From assembly GCA_963668175.1 (NCBI GenBank), contig OY764159.1:3136001-3200000 (forward strand): a stretch of DNA of 64,000 nt, given 5' to 3'. A program made the translations under genes and the position numbers. A model generated the notes under the pieces. That model was not told the DNA's origin and did no database searches. It saw only the letters and a list, made by a program, of their open reading frames with translations. The DNA is from Syntrophales bacterium. Its GTDB lineage: Bacteria; Desulfobacterota; Syntrophia; Syntrophales; PHBD01. Shown here piece after piece: positions 44,850-54,071 of this stretch; the stretch's first letter is position 1; every line of letters begins with the position of its first letter.

Positions 44850-47147
44850 ATGAACGTGTTCTATTTTGAAAAAATCGCCCGTGAGCTCGACATCAGCCCC
44901 ACCCAGGTCCAGGCCACGGCCCAGTTGATCGGCGAGGCCGCCACCGTCCCGTTTATCGCACGCTACCGGAAGGAAATGACCGGCTCCCTCGACGAGGTGG
45001 CCGTAACCGCCATCCGGGATCGTCTCGTTCAACTGGAGGAACTCGACAGCCGCCGGGAGGCGATCGTCAAATCCCTCACGGAACGCAACCTCCTGACCGA
45101 CGAACTCAAGGTTAAAATCGAAGCGGCGGAAACCCTCGCCGTCCTGGAAGACATCTACCTGCCCTTCCGGCCGAAACGCCGGACCAGGGCGACCATTGCC
45201 CGGGAAAAAGGGTTGGAACCTCTGGCGGCTGCTCTGTTCGCCCAGAGTGACATGGACGTCCCAGCGGAAGCCGCCCGGTATGTGGATGCGGAAAAAGGCG
45301 TTGCCGACACCGAAGAGGCGCTGGCGGGCGCCAGGGATATCATGGCGGAATGGATCAACGAGAATCAGGACGCCAGGACGGCCGTCCGGGCGTTGTTTTT
45401 CGAAAAAGGCACCATCCGCGCCCGGGTGATCACGGGAAAGGAAGAGGAAGGCATCAAGTATAAAGACTACTACGATTGGGAAGAACCCATCGCCACAGCG
45501 CAGGCCCACCGGGTCCTCGCCATGCGCCGCGGCGAGCAGGAGGAATTCCTGATCCTGCGCATGTCGCCGCCGGAAGACGATGCCCTGAACATCCTGGAAG
45601 GCCTCTTCGTCCGCGGGGACGCCGAATCGTCCCGTCAGGTCCGCCTCGCCGCCCACGACGGCTACCGCCGCCTCCTGGCCTCCTCGATGGAGACGGAGGT
45701 CCGCCTTGCCACCAAGAAGGCGGCAGACGACACGTCCATCAAGGTCTTCGCTGAAAACCTGCGGCAGCTTCTCCTGGCTCCGCCCCTGGGACAGAAGGCT
45801 GTCCTGGCAATCGATCCGGGTTTCCGGACGGGCTGCAAGATCGTTTGCCTGGACCGGCAGGGCAAGCTCCTCCATAACGAAACGATCTATCCCCTGCTTT
45901 CCGACCGCAACCGACAGGAAGCGTCCCTGGCCGTCGCAGCGCTCCTCACCCGCTTCGCCGTCGAGGCCGTCGCCGTGGGCAACGGCACGGGCGGGCGTGA
46001 GACGGAGGCCTTCCTTCGCACACTGGATATACCCCAAACGGTCCCCATCGTCATGGTCAACGAAAGCGGGGCTTCCGTCTATTCGGCATCGCAGGCGGCC
46101 CGCGACGAATTCCCCGACCAGGATGTCACGGTCCGCGGGGCTGTTTCCATAGGCCGGCGCCTGATGGACCCGCTGGCCGAACTCGTCAAGATCGATCCCA
46201 AGGCGATCGGCGTCGGCCAATACCAGCACGACGTGGACCAAACGGCGCTGAAACAGTGCCTCGACGATATCGTCATAAGCTGCGTCAACGCCGTCGGCGT
46301 CGAAGTGAATACGGCGAGTGCCCAGCTTCTGTCCTATGTTTCCGGACTAGGTCCGGCCCTGGCGGACAATATCGTCAAGCACAGAAACGCCAACGGGCCG
46401 TTCGTATCCCGCACGGAGCTCCTCAAAGTCAACCGCCTGGGCCCGAAGGCCTTCGAACAGTCGGCGGGATTCATCCGGATCAGGGACGGCCTCCACCCCC
46501 TCGACGCCAGCGCCGTCCATCCGGAAAGTTACGGCATCGTCGAGCGGATGGCCGCCGACCAGGGCTGCTCCATTACCGACCTGATGCAGGACGAAGCGCG
46601 CAGGCAACAGATCCGGCTTTCCGATTACGTCTCCGATCAGGTCGGCCTGCCTACGCTGAAAGATATCATGAGCGAACTCGCCAAGCCGGGGCGAGACCCG
46701 CGTCAGCAGTTCCAGAATGTCGTCTTCGCGGAAGGAATCGAAAAGATCGGCGACCTGTCTCCAGGAATGAAGCTGCCGGGCATTGTGACGAACATTACCG
46801 CTTTCGGCGCCTTTGTCGATATCGGCGTCCATCAGGACGGTCTCGTACACTTGAGCGAAATGGCCGACCGGTACGTCAAGGCCCCGGGAGAAGTCGTGAA
46901 GGTCGGGCAGAAGGTCGATGTCACTGTTCTGACCGTCGATCTCGCCAGGAGCAGGATCGGCCTCTCTCTGAAAAAGTCGCCGGGACAGAAGAACAGGACT
47001 GATGCATCGAACGAAACGCTCTCGGCGACGCCGGCAACACAGGGAAAACGGCAGGAGAGGAAGGCGGAGAAGAAGCCGGCCAGAGAGGCCCCCAAACCTT
47101 TCAACAATCCCTTTGCCGATGCCTTCCGCAAGCAGGGAAAGCATTAA
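44850..47147 (+). CDS. tex: Tex/YhgF RNA-binding transcriptional accessory protein (S1 domain)
   Basis: TVPFIARYRKE, IDPGFRTGCK, DPLAELVKIDPKAIGVGQYQHDV and S1 motif FGAFVDIGVHQDGLVH. Confidence 0.95.
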   Translation: MNVFYFEKIARELDISPTQVQATAQLIGEAATVPFIARYRKEMTGSLDEVAVTAIRDRLVQLEELDSRREAIVKSLTERNLLTDELKVKIEAAETLAVLEDIYLPFRPKRRTRATIAREKGLEPLAAALFAQSDMDVPAEAARYVDAEKGVADTEEALAGARDIMAEWINENQDARTAVRALFFEKGTIRARVITGKEEEGIKYKDYYDWEEPIATAQAHRVLAMRRGEQEEFLILRMSPPEDDALNILEGLFVRGDAESSRQVRLAAHDGYRRLLASSMETEVRLATKKAADDTSIKVFAENLRQLLLAPPLGQKAVLAIDPGFRTGCKIVCLDRQGKLLHNETIYPLLSDRNRQEASLAVAALLTRFAVEAVAVGNGTGGRETEAFLRTLDIPQTVPIVMVNESGASVYSASQAARDEFPDQDVTVRGAVSIGRRLMDPLAELVKIDPKAIGVGQYQHDVDQTALKQCLDDIVISCVNAVGVEVNTASAQLLSYVSGLGPALADNIVKHRNANGPFVSRTELLKVNRLGPKAFEQSAGFIRIRDGLHPLDASAVHPESYGIVERMAADQGCSITDLMQDEARRQQIRLSDYVSDQVGLPTLKDIMSELAKPGRDPRQQFQNVVFAEGIEKIGDLSPGMKLPGIVTNITAFGAFVDIGVHQDGLVHLSEMADRYVKAPGEVVKVGQKVDVTVLTVDLARSRIGLSLKKSPGQKNRTDASNETLSATPATQGKRQERKAEKKPAREAPKPFNNPFADAFRKQGKH

Positions 47148-47251
47148 CAGACAGTTGAAACGCGCCCGATATCGTCAACTGTTCCATCCGGCGCGTCAGG
47201 CTGCAAGCCTCGGCCATTGACATACTCCTATGGTTGCTTCAATCCAACCGC

Positions 47252-47392
47252 CCCCCTATATATAGGGGGTTGCGCCCTCCGCAAGGGGGCTTTTGCGCGT
47301 CCCTTAAAGGGGATAAACTTTACTTTCGGACATTTTTGAACCCCCTGAAGGGGGCAAGCAGCCTGCGCGCCCCCTTCATAGGGGGTTCAAAA
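47252..47392. repeat. cluster of C5/G5 inverted repeats (REP-like or structured element)
   Basis: Perfect palindrome CCCCCTATATATAGGGGG (47252-47269), two small hairpins, and a 22-bp stem with a 2-nt bulge (47334-47392). Confidence 0.6.
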
Positions 47393-47426
47393 TCGCGTGA
47401 TTCAACAAGCTGTCAGAAGGAGGAGG

Positions 47427-47669
47427 ATGGCCGACGACAGAAGAAAGGCCGGCCGGAACACCGTCGGCCCCGCCCGGACGGATGACGAAGCGATGGAGGG
47501 ACGGGTCAACTGTTTCATGTGCCGCCATTTCTACATTACTTACGACCCGAACTTCCCCTACGGATGCAGGGCCGCCGGATTCCGGTCGCGCGTCTTGCCG
47601 GCGGAAGAGGTCTTCATCAGCTCCGGTATGCAATGCCTCCTTTATACGGAGAAAGAGAAAATCCGTTGA
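47427..47669 (+). CDS. small Cys-rich (probably metal-binding) protein
   Basis: Strong RBS aggagg; CFMCRHF...YGC...C motif. Confidence 0.7.
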   Translation: MADDRRKAGRNTVGPARTDDEAMEGRVNCFMCRHFYITYDPNFPYGCRAAGFRSRVLPAEEVFISSGMQCLLYTEKEKIR

Positions 47670-47706
47670 TGTTTCGATGCGGAAATCGATAAAGAGCGAG
47701 GTCGTT

Positions 47707-47982
47707 ATGAACAAATCGGATCTGGTTGCGGCCCTGGTTGAAAAAGAGAAGATGACGGAGAAAATGGCGGCAGACGTCGTGAGCCTGATTTTCGACGACT
47801 TCGCCGCCGAGCTTGCCCGGGGCGGCCGCATCGAAATCCGGGGATTGGGGACCTTTACGGTACGTCAATACGGCTCCCATGGAGGACGGAACCCCAAGAC
47901 GGGGGAGAAGATCGTCGTAAAACCCAAGCGGCTGCCGTTTTTCAAACCGGGCAAGGGACTCAAAGAGAAGGTTGCGGGATGA
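47707..47982 (+). CDS. ihfB: IHF/HU family DNA-binding protein (IHF beta-like)
   Basis: MNKSDL, RIEIRGLGTF, GRNPKTGE and PFFKPGK motifs. Confidence 0.85.
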   Translation: MNKSDLVAALVEKEKMTEKMAADVVSLIFDDFAAELARGGRIEIRGLGTFTVRQYGSHGGRNPKTGEKIVVKPKRLPFFKPGKGLKEKVAG

Positions 47983-48203
47983 CAGCAGCCGTCAGGCGAT
48001 TTTCCGCCGGCCGCAATCAGTTCAGCGTTTCGCGGCCTCCCGGCGACGGAAGGCGGCGAGGTTGAGACAGCGTCACCGTCCTGCCGATGGAGAGCGGACC
48101 CGCTCCCATTCTTTCTGCCGGTCCATCTGCGCCTGCACGGCCCAGGATGGACATGGCCGCGTCGGAGAATTGGATTTCCGCTTTCCCTGATATAAAGTTT
48201 ATA

Positions 48204-48231
48204 TTGACAAAGGAATAAAATAGCGTATAGT
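48204..48231 (+). promoter_or_regulatory. sigma70-type promoter
   Basis: TTGACA-N16-TATAGT; a second TTGACA lies at 48246-48251. Confidence 0.55.
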
Positions 48232-48523
48232 AGTATTGTTCTTAATTGACATTCTTTTTACTATACATACATTCTTCTCTTTCGGCACGTATCTTAACGT
48301 CCCCGTTATCCTAGATACTGATTCTGAAAATATTTCGACCCCCGGCACCCTTTACAGATGGAGACGATGAAGTTCCGGCAATTGAGCGATTCAGTAGTCC
48401 GCGTATATGATCGTAACGACAACCCGTGTCCGTTTCCGCTGCCCGACCGGGTGGATTCCACCATGTCAACCTGAGCGGTCGCCGGGGTGATTCGCATCGC
48501 AGGACTCGGAAAGGATCATTTTC

Positions 48524-48904
48524 TTGACCAAGAGAAAGAGCCAGGCAGAACATGACGAAATGATCATCGCCCTGACGTCCCATCTGCGGCATAACGGCCA
48601 TAAGGATGTCCGGGCCGATATCGAGGGCTATATAAGGCCGGAGGCGATCCCAAGCGGAAAGACCAGCGACGGCCTTATCCCCGATGTGACCTCCTCCTGC
48701 GGGAAGGAGTTCATCTTCGAAATCGAAACAGCCGATTCGATCGACGAAACCCATACCGAGAACCAGTGGCGCAGTTTCGCCGCCTATTCGGCTGCACGCA
48801 ACAAGAATTTCATTGTCGTCGTCCCTAAAGGTGTGGACAAGCAGGCCAGGCTCCGGGCGGAAGCATTGGGCGTCGTCGTCAAAGACGTCTGGACGGTCCG
48901 TTGA
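48524..48904 (+). CDS. small protein with a PD-(D/E)xK-like fold signature
   Basis: EH...IPDV...FIFEIET; TTG start after aagga. Confidence 0.6.
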   Translation: MTKRKSQAEHDEMIIALTSHLRHNGHKDVRADIEGYIRPEAIPSGKTSDGLIPDVTSSCGKEFIFEIETADSIDETHTENQWRSFAAYSAARNKNFIVVVPKGVDKQARLRAEALGVVVKDVWTVR

Positions 48905-49054
48905 AAAGCTTTCCCGGCGGCATCATAATCCCTTCGCCACGCCTATTTGACGCGCCTTCCCGATTCCGACGTCACAGTTACGAAGGCTTAACCTTCCCCA
49001 TGGCCCATTTTCCGGGACCGCGGCCGTCAAAGGCCTCTTTTTTTTCCACCCCCC

Positions 49055-49107
49055 TTGACAATAAAAAAGTCCGTGATTAATTTTAAGTCAATGCGAATAT
49101 TGCCTTA
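49055..49107 (+). promoter_or_regulatory. hsp20 promoter with an adjacent inverted-repeat operator
   Basis: TTGACA-N17-TAATTT followed by TAAGTCAAT-N6-ATTGCCTTA. Confidence 0.5.
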
Positions 49108-49187
49108 TGATATTAAAGGTATACGTATGCCGTTGTATGGCGTAAACCGTCTTTTTTGAAGATACGTTATAAAAAGGAGGTATGAAC

Positions 49188-49628
49188 ATGTTCGGATTAA
49201 GAACGGGAAGATTCGGAGTCGATACGTTGAGGGAACTGCAGAATCTGCAGAGGGACATCAACCAGGCATTTTCGGGAATAAGTCCCCTGCCGGCGGTGCG
49301 CCAGTATCCGGCCCTCAATGTGTGGGAAAGCGGCGGAGAGCTGATCTTCACGGCCGAGTTGCCTGGCATTGACCCTGAGAAGCTGGACATCTCCGTCGTC
49401 AACGACACCCTGACCCTGAAGGGCACCAGGGATCATGTGGCACTCAAGGAAGGAGAAGCCTTTCACCGCCAGGAACGCAGCACGGGGCGATTCTCCCGAA
49501 CGGTCGGCCTGCCGTTTACGGCCGATGCCGCCAGGGTCAACGCCGTCTATAAGAAAGGCATCCTGACGATTACGGTGCCGAGGGCGGAGAAGGAAAAGCC
49601 CAAAAAGATAACGATCAGTACCGAATAG
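49188..49628 (+). CDS. Hsp20/alpha-crystallin small heat-shock protein
   Basis: YPALNVW, AELPGID, FSRTVGLP and YKKGILTITVP motifs. Start 49188 is favoured by RBS spacing. Confidence 0.93.
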   Translation: MFGLRTGRFGVDTLRELQNLQRDINQAFSGISPLPAVRQYPALNVWESGGELIFTAELPGIDPEKLDISVVNDTLTLKGTRDHVALKEGEAFHRQERSTGRFSRTVGLPFTADAARVNAVYKKGILTITVPRAEKEKPKKITISTE

Positions 49629-49644
49629 AGAGGAGGCATGAACC

Positions 49645-50049
49645 ATGGCACAGGAAGCGAAGGAAACCGCCAAACAGGAAGTGCAGCAACCGTCGGGCAC
49701 GGAGCGCACGAGGACAAAAAAGGTCTACGTGCCGGAGGTGGATATATACGAGACGAAGGACAGCATTGTCCTGATAGCGGATTTGCCGGGCGTGGACGAG
49801 AAATCCGTGGACATCGTCCTTGAGAAGAACGTCCTGACGATTACGGGTGCGGCCGGGCCGGTTGCGTATCCGGGCTATAGCGTGACGTACTCCGAATACG
49901 ATACGGGCGACTACCAGAGGGCGTTCACGATAAGCGATGAAGTCGACCGCGACAACATCGACGCCGCCGTCAAAAACGGCGTCCTTACGATAACGCTCCA
50001 CAAAGCGGAGAAGGCCAAGGTCAAGAAGATCTCCGTAACGACTCATTAG
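49645..50049 (+). CDS. Hsp20/alpha-crystallin small heat-shock protein
   Basis: PEVDIYE, ADLPGV, YQRAF and NGVLTITL motifs. Confidence 0.93.
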   Translation: MAQEAKETAKQEVQQPSGTERTRTKKVYVPEVDIYETKDSIVLIADLPGVDEKSVDIVLEKNVLTITGAAGPVAYPGYSVTYSEYDTGDYQRAFTISDEVDRDNIDAAVKNGVLTITLHKAEKAKVKKISVTTH

Positions 50050-50074
50050 TATTGCAAATCATCTCTTCGTCACG

Positions 50075-50124
50075 GCGGCGGGAAGAAGGGTATACGCCAT
50101 ACCTCCCTCTCTCCCGCCGCTTTC
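50075..50124 (+). terminator. terminator after the hsp20 pair
   Basis: gcggcggga...tcccgccgc stem followed by ttt. Confidence 0.6.
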
Positions 50125-50309
50125 GTCTCTCAGGTTAATTGAAGCGAAAAATCAGGTTTTTCCCGATTGCACGGCAAGGGAATCATTTCTTATGGTTTAT
50201 TGTGTTATGCCTGTGAGAACAGACTTCCCCGGGCAACACGCCGTTCGAGGCAGGCAGGACATCTTCAAATCCCGCCCGCGCCGTCATCTCAGGTAAGGAG
50301 ACCTTCGCT

Positions 50310-51704
50310 ATGTCCGAGTTGATTGTCATCACGCCCGACGACGTTTATAACAGAGTCCGAACGGGGACAGCCCTCCTGGTCTGCGCCTACGACGAGGAAG
50401 AGAAGTTCCTGAAAATCCGCCTCGAAGGTGCGATTTCCCTCAAGGAGCTGGAAGCGCGCCTTCCCGATCTTCCGAAAGACCGGGAGATCGTTTTCTATTG
50501 CGCCTGACCGGAGCAGGCCACTTCCGTCCGTCGGGCGGAGCAATACCAAAAGCTCGGGTACACGGCCGTCAAGATATTGCGGGGCGGGGTGAAGGCATGG
50601 GAGGCGGCCGGACTTCCGCTGGTTCCCCAGGAGAAATCCGCTCCGAAAGCGCCCTCGAAGCAGGAACGGAAAGCGGCGGCACGCAGAAACGGAGAGAAAA
50701 AGAGCATCAATCTGGCCCTGCAGGGAGGCGGCACGCACGGCGCATTCACCTGGGGCGTCCTGGACCGCCTCCTGGAGGACGACCGCATCCATATCGAGGC
50801 CATCAGCGGCACCAGCGCCGGGGCGATAAATGCGACGATTATCGCGGACGGCCTCATGGAAAGCGGCAGGGAGGGCGCCCGCCGGGCCCTGGAAGGATTC
50901 TGGTGGTCCATCAGCCATGCGGCGCAGTTCAGCCCCATCAAGCGGACGCCCCTGGACGTCCTCACGGGCAACTGGAACCTGGACCGTTCGCCCAGCTATC
51001 TCTTCTTTGAAGTGATGGAACAGCTTGCCTCCCCCTACCTTCTGAATCCGCTCAACCTCAACCCCATAAAAACGCTGCTCGCCAGGCAGGTCAATTTCGA
51101 ACGGGTCCGCCAGTGCGACGTGATGAAGGTCTTTATCTCCGCGACCAATGTCCGCACAGGCCGGGTGAAGCTCTTCGAACGGACGCAATTGACCCTGGAC
51201 ATGGTCATGGCTTCCGCCAGCCTCCCCTATCTCTTCCAGGCGGTGGAAATCGACGGCGAGGCTTACTGGGACGGAGGCTACTCCGGAAACCCCGTTCTCT
51301 ACCCCTTTGCCTACCAGTGCACGTCCAAGGACGTCGTAATCGTCCAGATCAACCCCATGTGCAGGAATACCGTCCCCAAAACGGCCCATGAAATCCTGAA
51401 CCGGATCAACGAGATCACATTCAACGGTTCGCTCATGAAGGAACTCCGGGCCATCGAATTTGTCGGCCGGCTCCTCGATTCCGAGAGTGTGGATCCCGTC
51501 CGCTACAAGAAGATGCTCCTCCATGTGATCAACGCGGAAGAGGAACTCAAATACTTTAACGCTTCCAGTAAATTCAATGCGGAATGGGGTTTCCTGACCC
51601 ACCTGCGGACACTCGGCCGCCTGGCGGCGGAAAAATGGCTGGATGCGAACTACGACGCGATAGGCAAACGGTCGTCGGTGGATCTGCGCTCGCTTTTCGA
51701 ATAA
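50310..51704 (+). CDS. predicted selenoprotein: rhodanese-like domain (Cys-Ala-Sec) fused to a patatin-like phospholipase, 464 aa
   Basis: ORFs 50310-50507 and 50577-51704 share a frame. Reading through TGA 50505-50507 gives IVFYCA-U-PEQATSVRRAEQYQKLGYTAVKILRGGVKAWEAAGLP, completing a rhodanese domain, then GGGTHG / GTSAG / WDGG patatin motifs. Confidence 0.8.
50508..50540 (+). promoter_or_regulatory. candidate bacterial SECIS element
   Basis: Hairpin ttccgtcc-GTC-gggcggag (50522-50540); the apical loop starts with G-U, 23 nt after the UGA. Confidence 0.65.
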
Positions 51705-51708
51705 ACCG

Positions 51709-52686
51709 CTAGGAACGATCCTCTTTGAAGATGGCCGCCATCTTCTTTTCGTGCCAGCAGTTGAAGGGAATGGTCTTGAAAAAGCCGCAGTGCCCCCCGT
51801 ACTTCTGGATGGCAAGCGTCAGGTTTCTGCTTCTCCCGAGACCGCGGATATCTTCGATAGGAACAACCGGATCGTCCTCGGCGGCAATGATGGTCACCGG
51901 GACATCGAGGTCCCCGAAGACATCGCCCAAGAGCGTATACCGGCTGAAGTAATCCCGGAAATCATCGAACTCGGGATAATAGGCCATGACGGCCTCGGTC
52001 ATCCCCAGGCAGGTCTTCATCCGGAGGACCTCGTCGAATTGGTACCGCTCGGGGAAAAGTTCCTGCTTCGTCCGGAGGGAGCGTTTCCACTTCCACAGGA
52101 AATGATAGCGGTATCCCCTGAATCCGTTGTCGATAGCGACGGTGGCCTTGTACGGGTCCAGCGCCGGGCTTATGGCGACCACGTGTCGCAGGTTGTCTAT
52201 CTTCACATGGGAATGGCGAAGGGCGATGCGCAGCGCGAAGTTCGCCCCCAGGGAAAAACCCGCCAGATAAAAGGGACGGGACGGGGCGATGCCGGCCACG
52301 GCGCGCACGGCGGTGAAGGTTTCGTCAAGGAGGGCGCCGTGAAAAAGCCCGGCGTTCAAGTCGTGGCTCGGACCGTGGTCGCGCAGGTTCAGCCTGAAAA
52401 CGTCGTAACCCCTCCCGTAGAGATACTCGCCCGCCGAGACGACGTAGGCCGAATCGGCGCTGCCTTCCCAACCGTGAATAATGGCCACCGTTCCCGCCGG
52501 CTTGATGTGGCGATGCTTCGAATAGATCCCTAACAGGCGGACGCCGCCTCCGGCCTGGACGATCATCCCCCTGGCCGATTCCTGCATCCCGTTTCCCCGG
52601 AGCTTCCGGAGGCGGGAAGAGGCAAAAATGGTCTGCAGGTGGCGGTTCCGGGACCCGTGCCGGGGTGTCAGGTTTTCTTCCGTCAT
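51709..52686 (-). CDS. alpha/beta hydrolase (YheT-like esterase)
   Basis: HLQTI, HGWEGS, GFSLG, DDPVVP and GGHCGF motifs. Confidence 0.88.
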   Translation of the reverse strand: MTEENLTPRHGSRNRHLQTIFASSRLRKLRGNGMQESARGMIVQAGGGVRLLGIYSKHRHIKPAGTVAIIHGWEGSADSAYVVSAGEYLYGRGYDVFRLNLRDHGPSHDLNAGLFHGALLDETFTAVRAVAGIAPSRPFYLAGFSLGANFALRIALRHSHVKIDNLRHVVAISPALDPYKATVAIDNGFRGYRYHFLWKWKRSLRTKQELFPERYQFDEVLRMKTCLGMTEAVMAYYPEFDDFRDYFSRYTLLGDVFGDLDVPVTIIAAEDDPVVPIEDIRGLGRSRNLTLAIQKYGGHCGFFKTIPFNCWHEKKMAAIFKEDRS

Positions 52687-53480
52687 GGCTTCACCGCATA
52701 TCCCAGGTAGGCAATGATTTTATGGCTTCCAACGCGCATATCGAGTTTCTCCGCCAGTTCGCGGTGGCGTATTTCTCCCCTCAGCCGCTTGCGGAGAAAC
52801 CGGAAAAGGGTGACGGGGTTGCCTCCGGGGAACCATCCCCGCAGTTCGGCAAGGTCGAATCCGTTTTCCGCCAGGGCCCGTTTCAACTCCTCCGGTTTGA
52901 TGAACTTCTTCCAGAAGTGAAGGTCGCGCTCCATGAAGGCCGTGTATTTCCATTCCTGGAGAAGCTTTATCATAAAAAGCCAGCTTAGAAAATTGCGATT
53001 TATCGTTTCGAAAAAGAAAAGCCCCCCCGGCCTCAGCACACGGGCGATTTCGGCCGTGACGCGGTAGTAATCGCTCACATGCTCGAGGACGTCGCAGCAT
53101 AAGACCGCATCGAACGATGCCGCGGCGAAGGGGAGCGCTTCACCCGCGCCCTGCAGATAACGGATCGCCAGGGAGGACCGCCGGGCATGCGCCAGGGCCG
53201 TTTCCAGGGATTTGTGGACGGGATCGAGTCCCGTAACGGAGAACCCCTCTTTGGCAAACTCCTCCGCGAGATAGCCGCCGCCGCACCCGATGTCCAGGAT
53301 TTCCCGGAAAGCCTGCGGCCTTCCGCCATATCGGCCGATGATGCCGCGATAATAGCGGAAGCGGGGCCGATTCACGCCGTAGCGCAGGGACGAGAGGGAA
53401 CCGGCTTCGTCATCGTCCCACCAGGCATCGCCGATGCGTTCGAAGACGTCGTTTTCGGATGGAGAAGGGCGGAGAGCCAT
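52683..53480 (-). CDS. UbiG-like SAM-dependent O-methyltransferase
   Basis: WWD, LDIGCGGG, CDVLEHV, ETINR and KFIKPEEL motifs. Confidence 0.85.
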   Translation of the reverse strand: MALRPSPSENDVFERIGDAWWDDDEAGSLSSLRYGVNRPRFRYYRGIIGRYGGRPQAFREILDIGCGGGYLAEEFAKEGFSVTGLDPVHKSLETALAHARRSSLAIRYLQGAGEALPFAAASFDAVLCCDVLEHVSDYYRVTAEIARVLRPGGLFFFETINRNFLSWLFMIKLLQEWKYTAFMERDLHFWKKFIKPEELKRALAENGFDLAELRGWFPGGNPVTLFRFLRKRLRGEIRHRELAEKLDMRVGSHKIIAYLGYAVKP

Positions 53481-53481
53481 A

Positions 53482-54045
53482 TCACCCGGGAAACCGCGCA
53501 TTAAGCAGGCTTGAGCCGTATACGCCCAGAAAAACTCCTGACAGGAGCCCCAAACCGCTGAAGCCGATCATGGCCGCGATATAAACGAGTCCCTCCGGCT
53601 CACGCGCTGCTTGCGTGAGAAACAGGAGGGCCAGCGAAGCACCGAAAAAGACTACCCCGAGCACGATCTTTTTCTTCAGAATCGGCGTCGTGTACCTCCG
53701 GAAGCGGATTTTGCCGTCGAGCAGTCCCGACAGAATGGCGGCAGCAAGCGTAAAGGGGAGGCAAAAAGCCATTACCCTGATCGTCGTGAAGAGGTCCCCC
53801 CGGAGCGTCCAGGGAACGAGGGGAAGACAGAGGGAGAAAAGGAACAGAAGCGCGCCGAGAGCCTGGGGAATATGGACGACGATCGGGTGGAGATGCCTGT
53901 CCAGAATCCATTTTCTCTTTTCCGAGATGTTGTCGGTGAATGCCTCGAACATCTTGCTCGGCACCCCGCAAGCAGGGCAGACGTCTTCGACTTTGTCGGC
54001 CTCCATAATAAAACCGCAGGCCTTACAGCGAACGAGGGATTTCAT
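53482..54045 (-). CDS. rubredoxin-like domain fused to a four-TM (DUF2231-like) membrane domain
   Basis: CKACG...CPACG N-terminus, then HPIVVH followed by TM helices. Confidence 0.75.
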   Translation of the reverse strand: MKSLVRCKACGFIMEADKVEDVCPACGVPSKMFEAFTDNISEKRKWILDRHLHPIVVHIPQALGALLFLFSLCLPLVPWTLRGDLFTTIRVMAFCLPFTLAAAILSGLLDGKIRFRRYTTPILKKKIVLGVVFFGASLALLFLTQAAREPEGLVYIAAMIGFSGLGLLSGVFLGVYGSSLLNARFPG

Positions 54046-54071
54046 AGTTCCTCCATAAATATAAAGGTTGT

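Noticed and set aside
47427..47669. Uracil-DNA glycosylase label sometimes given to similar small proteins
   Set aside because: Only 80 aa with no UDG catalytic motifs.
48335..48495. 6S RNA
   Set aside because: Only terminal pairing is evident; no convincing continuous rod with a central bubble, and the usual zapA/ygfA context is absent.
50310..50507. Treating the 65-aa ORF and the 50577-51704 ORF as two genes, or as a nonsense pseudogene
   Set aside because: They share a frame, the stop splits one domain exactly at a Cys-x-UGA site, a SECIS-like hairpin follows, and the downstream catalytic motifs are intact. Read-through fits better, though it is unproven.
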